Both the position numbers and the translations under genes were made by a program. Shown here piece after piece: positions 26,348 through 32,000 of a DNA stretch of 32,000 bases (positions are counted from its first letter, which is position 1; each line of letters starts with the position of its first letter). A model generated the notes under the pieces. That model did no database searches and was not told where the DNA came from. It was given only the letters and a program-made list of their open reading frames with translations. The DNA is from Dickeya dadantii NCPPB 898 (GTDB lineage Bacteria; Pseudomonadota; Gammaproteobacteria; Enterobacterales; Enterobacteriaceae), in contig NZ_CM001976.1 of NCBI RefSeq assembly GCF_000406145.1, positions 2,771,337 to 2,803,336 on the forward strand, given 5' to 3'.

Positions 26348-27224
26348 CATCTACGGCGAGAAAGAGCTTCCCAGCCGCTGGCGCGACGCCTGGAACGTGT
26401 TCCGCCAGGACCGGATGGCGATGGTCGGTTTCTACGGGTTTCTGTTGCTGCTGGGGCTGTGCCTGTTCGGCGATACGCTGGCGCCTTACGCGCTGGATCA
26501 GCAATTTCTCGGTTACCAACTGCTGCCGCCCTCGTGGTCGCGCTATGGCGAAGTATCGTTCTTTCTCGGCACCGACGATCTGGGGCGCGACCTGCTGAGC
26601 CGACTGCTGAGCGGCACGGCACCGACGTTTGGTTCGGCATTGCTGGTCACGCTGGCCGCTATGCTGGCCGGCATTCTGATCGGCCTGCTGGCCGGAGTAA
26701 CCCACGGCCTGCGTTCCGCCATACTAAACCACATTCTCGACCCACTGCTGTCGATTCCTTCGCTGCTGCTGGCGATGGTAGTGATCGCCTTTATCGGCCC
26801 GCAGTTGACGCACGCCATGCTGGCGGTGTGGATGGCGCTGCTGCCGCGCATGGTGCGCACGATTTATACCGCGGTGCACGACGAACTGGAAAAAGAGTAT
26901 GTGACCGCCGCCCGGCTGGACGGCGCGTCTACGCGCTACATTATCTGGTATGCGGTGGTGCCCAATATCCTGCCGCTGCTGGTCAGCGAAGTGACCCGCG
27001 CGCTGTCCATCGCCATTCTGGATATCGCCGCGCTCGGCTTTCTCAATCTGGGCGCGCAGTTGCCTACCACCGAATGGGGCGTGCTGCTGGGCAATTCGCT
27101 GGAACTGGTGTACGCCGCGCCCTGGACGGTGATGCTGCCCGGTGCGGCCATCACGCTCAGCGTGCTGATCGTCAACCTGCTGGGGGACGGCATTCGCCGC
27201 GCCCTGCTCGCTCAAACCGAATAG
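26334..27224 (+). CDS. sapC: ABC transporter permease SapC
   Basis: [39 protein letters not shown]... is collinear with E. coli SapC (296 aa). Confidence 0.92.
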   Translation: MHSDNIYGEKELPSRWRDAWNVFRQDRMAMVGFYGFLLLLGLCLFGDTLAPYALDQQFLGYQLLPPSWSRYGEVSFFLGTDDLGRDLLSRLLSGTAPTFGSALLVTLAAMLAGILIGLLAGVTHGLRSAILNHILDPLLSIPSLLLAMVVIAFIGPQLTHAMLAVWMALLPRMVRTIYTAVHDELEKEYVTAARLDGASTRYIIWYAVVPNILPLLVSEVTRALSIAILDIAALGFLNLGAQLPTTEWGVLLGNSLELVYAAPWTVMLPGAAITLSVLIVNLLGDGIRRALLAQTE

Positions 27225-27239
27225 TGACGGAACAACACC

Positions 27240-28232
27240 ATGGCATTACTGGAAATTCGTAATCTGACCATTGAATTCCTCACGCCGGACGGCCCGGTAA
27301 AAGCGGTGGATCGCGTCAGCATCAGCCTCACCGAGGGAGAAATTCGCGGACTGGTGGGCGAATCCGGCTCCGGCAAGAGCCTGATCGCCAAGGCTATCTG
27401 CGGCATTAACAAGGAAAACTGGCGCATCACCGCCGACCGTTTCCGTTTCGATGACGTGGACATGCTGCAACTCACGCCCCATCAGCGGCGTAAGCTGGTG
27501 CGGCACAACATGTCGATGATCTTTCAGGAACCGCAGTCCTGTCTGGACCCTTCCGCCCGCGTCGGCCGTCAACTGATGCAATCGATCCCCGGCTGGACCT
27601 ACAAAGGCCGCTGGTGGCAACGCATCAACTGGCGTAAGCGCCGCGCCATCGAACTGCTGCACCGCGTCGGCATCAAGGATCACAAAGACATCATGCGCAG
27701 CTTTCCCTACGAACTGACGGAAGGGGAATGCCAGAAGGTGATGATCGCCATCGCGCTCGCCAATCAGCCCAGACTGCTGATCGCCGACGAACCGACCAAC
27801 GCGATGGAAGCCACCACGCAGGCGCAGATTTTCCGCCTGCTCGCCCGGCTCAATCAGAACAACAACACCACCATTCTGCTGATCAGCCACGACTTGCAGA
27901 CCATGAGCAAATGGGCGGACCGCATCAACGTGTTGTACTGCGGCCAGACGGTGGAAAGCGCGGTCAGCGATGAGTTGATCAGCGCGCCGCATCACCCTTA
28001 CACCCAGGCGCTGATCCGCGCCATGCCGGACTTCGGCTGCTCGCTGCCGCACAAAAGCCGCCTCAACGCGCTGCCGGGAGCGATTCCGTCGCTGGCGCAC
28101 CTGCCGGTGGGCTGCCGTCTGGGGCCACGTTGCCCCTATTCACAGAAAGAGTGCATGACGGCGCCGCCGCTCATCCCGGTGAAAACCCACTGGTACGCCT
28201 GCCACTTCCCGCTCAACATGGAGGAATCCTGA
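27240..28232 (+). CDS. sapD: ABC transporter ATP-binding protein SapD
   Basis: [13 protein letters not shown]...GESGSGKS (Walker A)...LLIADEPTN (Walker B) is collinear with E. coli SapD. Confidence 0.92.
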   Translation: MALLEIRNLTIEFLTPDGPVKAVDRVSISLTEGEIRGLVGESGSGKSLIAKAICGINKENWRITADRFRFDDVDMLQLTPHQRRKLVRHNMSMIFQEPQSCLDPSARVGRQLMQSIPGWTYKGRWWQRINWRKRRAIELLHRVGIKDHKDIMRSFPYELTEGECQKVMIAIALANQPRLLIADEPTNAMEATTQAQIFRLLARLNQNNNTTILLISHDLQTMSKWADRINVLYCGQTVESAVSDELISAPHHPYTQALIRAMPDFGCSLPHKSRLNALPGAIPSLAHLPVGCRLGPRCPYSQKECMTAPPLIPVKTHWYACHFPLNMEES

Positions 28233-29047
28233 TGGTGGAAACCCTGCTGGAAGCCCGTAACCTCACCAAAACCTTCCGTTACCGTACCGGCTGGTTCCGG
28301 CGTCAGCACGTCGAAGCGGTAAAATCGGTGAGTTTTACGCTGCGGGAGCGGCAAACGCTGGCGATCATCGGCGAAAACGGTTCGGGCAAATCCACGCTGG
28401 CCAAGATGTTGACCGGCGTGATCCCACCTACCTCCGGCGAACTGGTGATTGACGATCATCCGCTGGAATACGGCGACTATCACTACCGCAGCCAGCGTAT
28501 TCGCATGATCTTTCAGGATTCGGCCAACTCGCTCAACCCGCGTCAGCGCATCGGTCAGTTGCTGGAATTACCGCTTCGGCTCAATACCGACCTGACGCCG
28601 CAGGAGCGGGAGAAAGCCATTAACCTGGCGCTGCGCCAGGTCGGTCTGCGCGCCGATCACGCCACCTATTACCCGCACGCGCTGGCGCCCGGTCAGAAAC
28701 AACGTATCGGGCTGGCGAGGGCGTTGATCCTGCAACCCAAGGTGATCGTGGCGGATGAAGTGCTGGCGTCGCTGGATATGTCGGTGCGTTCACAGATCAT
28801 CAACCTGATGCTGGAGCTGCAGGAGAAACACGGTATCTCCTATATCTATGTCACCCAGCATCTGGGCATGATGAAACACATCAGCGACCAGATTCTGGTG
28901 ATGCAGGCAGGTGAAGTGGTCGAACGCGGCAGCACCGCCGATGTGCTGGCCTCGCCGCTGCACGACCTGACCAAGCGTCTGATCACCAGTCACTTTGGCG
29001 AAGCGCTGAGCGCCGACGCCTGGCGTCGCGACAGTAGCCCCGTCTGA
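28232..29047 (+). CDS. sapF: ABC transporter ATP-binding protein SapF
   Basis: [37 protein letters not shown]...GENGSGKST is collinear with E. coli SapF. The ATG at 28232 overlaps the sapD TGA. The 34-codon extension in the track ORF was rejected. Confidence 0.92.
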   Translation: MVETLLEARNLTKTFRYRTGWFRRQHVEAVKSVSFTLRERQTLAIIGENGSGKSTLAKMLTGVIPPTSGELVIDDHPLEYGDYHYRSQRIRMIFQDSANSLNPRQRIGQLLELPLRLNTDLTPQEREKAINLALRQVGLRADHATYYPHALAPGQKQRIGLARALILQPKVIVADEVLASLDMSVRSQIINLMLELQEKHGISYIYVTQHLGMMKHISDQILVMQAGEVVERGSTADVLASPLHDLTKRLITSHFGEALSADAWRRDSSPV

Positions 29048-29197
29048 CCCGCCGGGCGAAGACAGCAGGATAAGTGGTTGGAGTACCCCTCGGGGCGCCA
29101 TACGTGCTAGAATCGCCCGGTTTATTCACACCGATCATGGTAAATAATTATTTTTATTGACGATGATCGCAGCAACAATGATCACAAGGATATTGCC

Positions 29198-29989
29198 ATG
29201 GGTTTTCTTAACGGTAAGCGCATTCTGGTAACGGGCGTTGCCAGCAACCGCTCCATCGCATACGGTATCGCACAGGCTATGCATCGCGAAGGTGCAGAAC
29301 TGGCGTTCACCTACCAGAACGACAAGCTGAAGTCACGTGTGGAAGAGTTTGCCAAAGAGTTCGATTCAAGCATCGTTTTGCCGTGTGATGTTGCGGAAGA
29401 TGCCAGCATTGACGCGCTGTTCGCCGAACTGGCGAAAGTCTGGCCGAAATTCGACGGCTTCGTACACTCCATCGCTTACGCGCCGGGCGACCAGTTGGAC
29501 GGCGACTACGTGAACGCCGTCACCCGCGAAGGTTTTGCCATCGCTCACGACATCAGCGCCTACAGCTTTGTGGCGATGGCGAAAGCCTGCCGCAGCATGC
29601 TGAACCCGAACTCCGCGCTGATAACTCTGTCCTACCTGGGTGCCGAGCGCGCCATTCCGAACTACAACGTGATGGGCCTGGCGAAAGCGTCGCTGGAAGC
29701 CAACGTGCGCTACATGGCCAACGCCATGGGCCGCGACGGCGTGCGCGTCAATGCCGTTTCCGCGGGTCCGATCCGCACACTGGCGGCGTCCGGCATCAAG
29801 AACTTCAAAAAGATGCTGTCTCACTGCGAAGCGGTCACCCCGATCCGTCGCGTGGTCACCATTGAAGACGTGGGCAACGCCGCGGCCTTCATGTGTTCCG
29901 ACCTGGCTGCCGGTATCTCCGGTGAAGTTCTGCACGTTGACGGCGGCTTCAACATCGCCGCGATGAACGAACTGGAACTGGGCGATTAA
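29198..29989 (+). CDS. fabI: Enoyl-[acyl-carrier-protein] reductase (NADH) FabI
   Basis: [45 protein letters not shown]... is near-identical to E. coli FabI across 262 aa. Confidence 0.96.
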   Translation: MGFLNGKRILVTGVASNRSIAYGIAQAMHREGAELAFTYQNDKLKSRVEEFAKEFDSSIVLPCDVAEDASIDALFAELAKVWPKFDGFVHSIAYAPGDQLDGDYVNAVTREGFAIAHDISAYSFVAMAKACRSMLNPNSALITLSYLGAERAIPNYNVMGLAKASLEANVRYMANAMGRDGVRVNAVSAGPIRTLAASGIKNFKKMLSHCEAVTPIRRVVTIEDVGNAAAFMCSDLAAGISGEVLHVDGGFNIAAMNELELGD

Positions 29990-29999
29990 TCTCGCCGCT

Positions 30000-30036
30000 C
30001 TGTACCGGACCACGGTCCGGTACAGGATTTTCGTTT
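30000..30036 (+). terminator. Rho-independent terminator of fabI
   Basis: 11-bp perfect stem ctgtaccggac (30000-30010) / gtccggtacag (30015-30025), a 4-nt loop, then gattttcgttt. Confidence 0.8.
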
Positions 30037-30109
30037 CGTGAGTTACCGCTGTCTCCCCGCCTGTTTGCTGTGCCTTCGCTGCTTTTCTTCACTCTCAATA
30101 CCACTGCCG

Positions 30110-31009
30110 TTAGCGGTCCATCAGCCAGTACTGCGCCGCCTCAAAGAAATGCTGCGCCAGCATAGTCGCGCGCCCGGCCTCGGCGATCACCACCGCGCCG
30201 TGACGCGGCATCGGCGTCAGCGCCAGCGGTCGCCAGGCCAGCTCCGGTGTCATCGCCGGCAACAAGCTGCCATTGGGCACAATGCCGCACCCCAGCCCGA
30301 CAAATACGCTTTGCATTAATTGCAGCACCGACGCGCTTTCCACCCGTACCCGCGGCGTGATTGCCGCTTCGCGGAACTGGCTATCCAGATAGCGACGGAA
30401 ATAACGGCTGGGTTCCGCCAGACACAGCGGAATCGTGGCGAGATCGGCCAACGCCAACGGACTGTCACCGTGCAGGCCAGGAAAGTGGCGCGGATGATAC
30501 AGCAGCGATGCGCCCTGCTCCGCCAGCGACGACGCCTGAAAATGCAGCTCACGCAGCGTGGTCAGCTCGAAAAAACCGATCCCGACATCCACCGTGTGGG
30601 CGGTAAGCGCTTCCAGCAACCGACCCGCGCTGAACAGCGATACCTGATAATCCATCTCCGGGTAAGCACGGCTGACCGCCGCCAGTAATTCTGGCAGCGC
30701 CATGCTGCATTGCGGCACCGCGCCAATACGCAGCAGCCCACTGGTGCCGCGCGCAAGTGACGCCACTTCCAGTTTCAGCCCCTGATACACCGACACCATT
30801 TCCCGCGCCCACGCCAGCACCCGCTCGCCTTCGGCGGTGAAGCCTTCAAAATTATTGCCCCGATTGATGAGCGACAGCCCCAGTTCCCGCTCCAGGTTCT
30901 TCAGCCGCATCGACAGCGTCGGCTGGCTGACGAAGCTGGCCTCGGCCGCCCGGCCAAAATGGCGCTCTTTTTCCAGATTGCACAAATAGATAAGTTGCTT
31001 GATGTCCAT
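30110..31009 (-). CDS. LysR-family transcriptional regulator
   Basis: MDIKQLIYLCNLEKERHFGRAAEASFVSQPTLSMRLKNLERELGLSLINR is an LTTR wHTH. The ATG at 31009 has GGAG 8 nt upstream; the TTG at 31021 in the track is less likely. The gene is divergent from the ydeP-like gene. Confidence 0.8.
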   Translation of the reverse strand: MDIKQLIYLCNLEKERHFGRAAEASFVSQPTLSMRLKNLERELGLSLINRGNNFEGFTAEGERVLAWAREMVSVYQGLKLEVASLARGTSGLLRIGAVPQCSMALPELLAAVSRAYPEMDYQVSLFSAGRLLEALTAHTVDVGIGFFELTTLRELHFQASSLAEQGASLLYHPRHFPGLHGDSPLALADLATIPLCLAEPSRYFRRYLDSQFREAAITPRVRVESASVLQLMQSVFVGLGCGIVPNGSLLPAMTPELAWRPLALTPMPRHGAVVIAEAGRATMLAQHFFEAAQYWLMDR

Positions 31010-31208
31010 CAGCTTCTCCAACAGGGCAGGCCGCGCCAGTATACCATCCCCCTGCGTCAGAGATCGGCGTCGCGATAAACCGCCTCTATCTCACTATCAC
31101 CCCCCTTGATTAGACGCCATGCCACCCGCCGCCTACACTCTTGGTTAGCAAGCAAAGATTTAAAGATTTTTTTACATACTAAAAACATCATCACCTGCGT
31201 AGCGAATC

Positions 31209-32000
31209 ATGAAATTCAAATCTTCAATCAAGCCATACCGCGCCGCCGCGGGCGGCTGGGGCTCTCTTGAAGCCACCACCCGTTTTGTCCTGGACAGCAA
31301 ACAAGCGCTGAAAAATATCCGCAATTTGATGCGAGTCAATAAAAGCAAAGGATTCGACTGTCCCGGCTGCGCCTGGGGCGACGACAACAGCAGCACCTTC
31401 AGTTTTTGTGAAAACGGCGCCAAGGCGGTCAGTTGGGAAGCGACGCGCAAAGCCGCCGGGCCGGATTTCTTCGCCGAACACAGCGTCAGCACGTTGCGCC
31501 GCCAGAGCGACTATTTTCTTGAGTATCAGGGCCGGCTGACCCACCCGTTGCGCTACGATCGTGACAGCGACCACTATGTGCCGATCGACTGGGACGAAGC
31601 CTTCACGCTAATCGCCCGTCATATCCGCGAACTGGACCATCCTAATCAGATGGAGCTCTATACTTCCGGTCGCGCCAGTAATGAAGCGTCTTATCTGTAT
31701 CAGCTGTTCGGCCGTATGGTCGGCACCAACAATTTTCCCGACTGTTCCAACATGTGTCATGAAGCCAGCGGCACCGGGCTGAAACAGAGCATCGGCGTCG
31801 GTAAAGGCACGGTACGATTAGCGGATTTCGAATACGCCGACGCCATTTTCGTGTTCGGCCAGAACCCCGGCACCAACCACCCGCGTATGTTGCACAGCCT
31901 GCGTCATGCCGCCGATCGCGGCGCGCATATCGTGGCGTTCAACACCTTGCGCGAGCGCGGTCTGGAACGCTTCGCCAACCCGCAAAACCCGCTGGAACTG
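31209..32000 (+). CDS. FdhF/YdeP-family molybdopterin oxidoreductase. This is the N-terminal 264 codons; the gene continues beyond the window.
   Basis: Hand translation gives MKFKSSIKPYRAAAGGWGSLEATTRFVLDS...GFDCPGCAWGDD...FCENGAKAV...YTSGRASNEASYLYQLFGRMVGTNNFPDCSNMCHEASG...VFGQNPGTNHPRM, the Cys cluster and MopB-domain signature of the YdeP family. It is not in the ORF track because it is open-ended. Confidence 0.8.
   Translation, partial: MKFKSSIKPYRAAAGGWGSLEATTRFVLDSKQALKNIRNLMRVNKSKGFDCPGCAWGDDNSSTFSFCENGAKAVSWEATRKAAGPDFFAEHSVSTLRRQSDYFLEYQGRLTHPLRYDRDSDHYVPIDWDEAFTLIARHIRELDHPNQMELYTSGRASNEASYLYQLFGRMVGTNNFPDCSNMCHEASGTGLKQSIGVGKGTVRLADFEYADAIFVFGQNPGTNHPRMLHSLRHAADRGAHIVAFNTLRERGLERFANPQNPLEL

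Noticed and set aside
29048-29197. fabI promoter assignment (tgctagaat extended -10; ttgacg -35-like hexamer)
   Set aside because: The individual hexamers are visible, but I could not pair a -35 and a -10 with proper 16-18 bp spacing, so no promoter is called.

Overview
The window looks like enterobacterial chromosome, probably a high-GC soft-rot Pectobacteriaceae/Dickeya-like organism. That assignment is inferred from protein similarity to E. coli orthologues and from composition; no search was run. The backbone follows the E. coli K-12 order mppA / mpaA / tpx / tyrR / ycjF-ycjX / pspCBA / pspF / sapABCDF / fabI. All of these are recognisable by direct alignment of the translated ORFs with E. 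coli sequences recalled from memory. Four accessory blocks interrupt this backbone. (1) 2.6-8.1 kb, between tpx and tyrR: a DHA2-type MFS exporter, a divergent MmyB-like XRE regulator, a membrane-anchored penicillin-acylase-family (Ntn) hydrolase and a GNAT. (2) 8.1-11.6 kb: a visibly lower-GC block with an NTF2-like protein, an Old-Yellow-Enzyme flavin reductase and a LysR regulator, flanked by ORF-poor junk-like DNA. (3) 13.3-16.6 kb, between tyrR and ycjF: a secreted M20 metallopeptidase and an MFS symporter, separated by a 15-bp tandem-repeat array. (4) 22.2-23.5 kb, between pspF and sapA: a COG0523 GTPase behind a near-perfect Zur box. pspD, pspE and the ycjM-W sugar cluster are absent, so pspABC abuts ycjXF. 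I found no transposase, integrase, tRNA, rRNA or CRISPR array. No block is an obviously novel multi-gene system. The most checkable unexplained signals are the 15-bp GATC-bearing repeat array that overlaps the MFS stop codon, a sigma54-like motif between pspC and ycjX, a TyrR-box-like palindrome that is also a hairpin upstream of tyrR, and the acylase/MmyB/MFS/GNAT cluster. Many long ORFs in the supplied track are antisense artefacts of high GC. Two genes run off the window ends and are missing from the track (mppA-like at 1-810, ydeP-like at 31209-32000).
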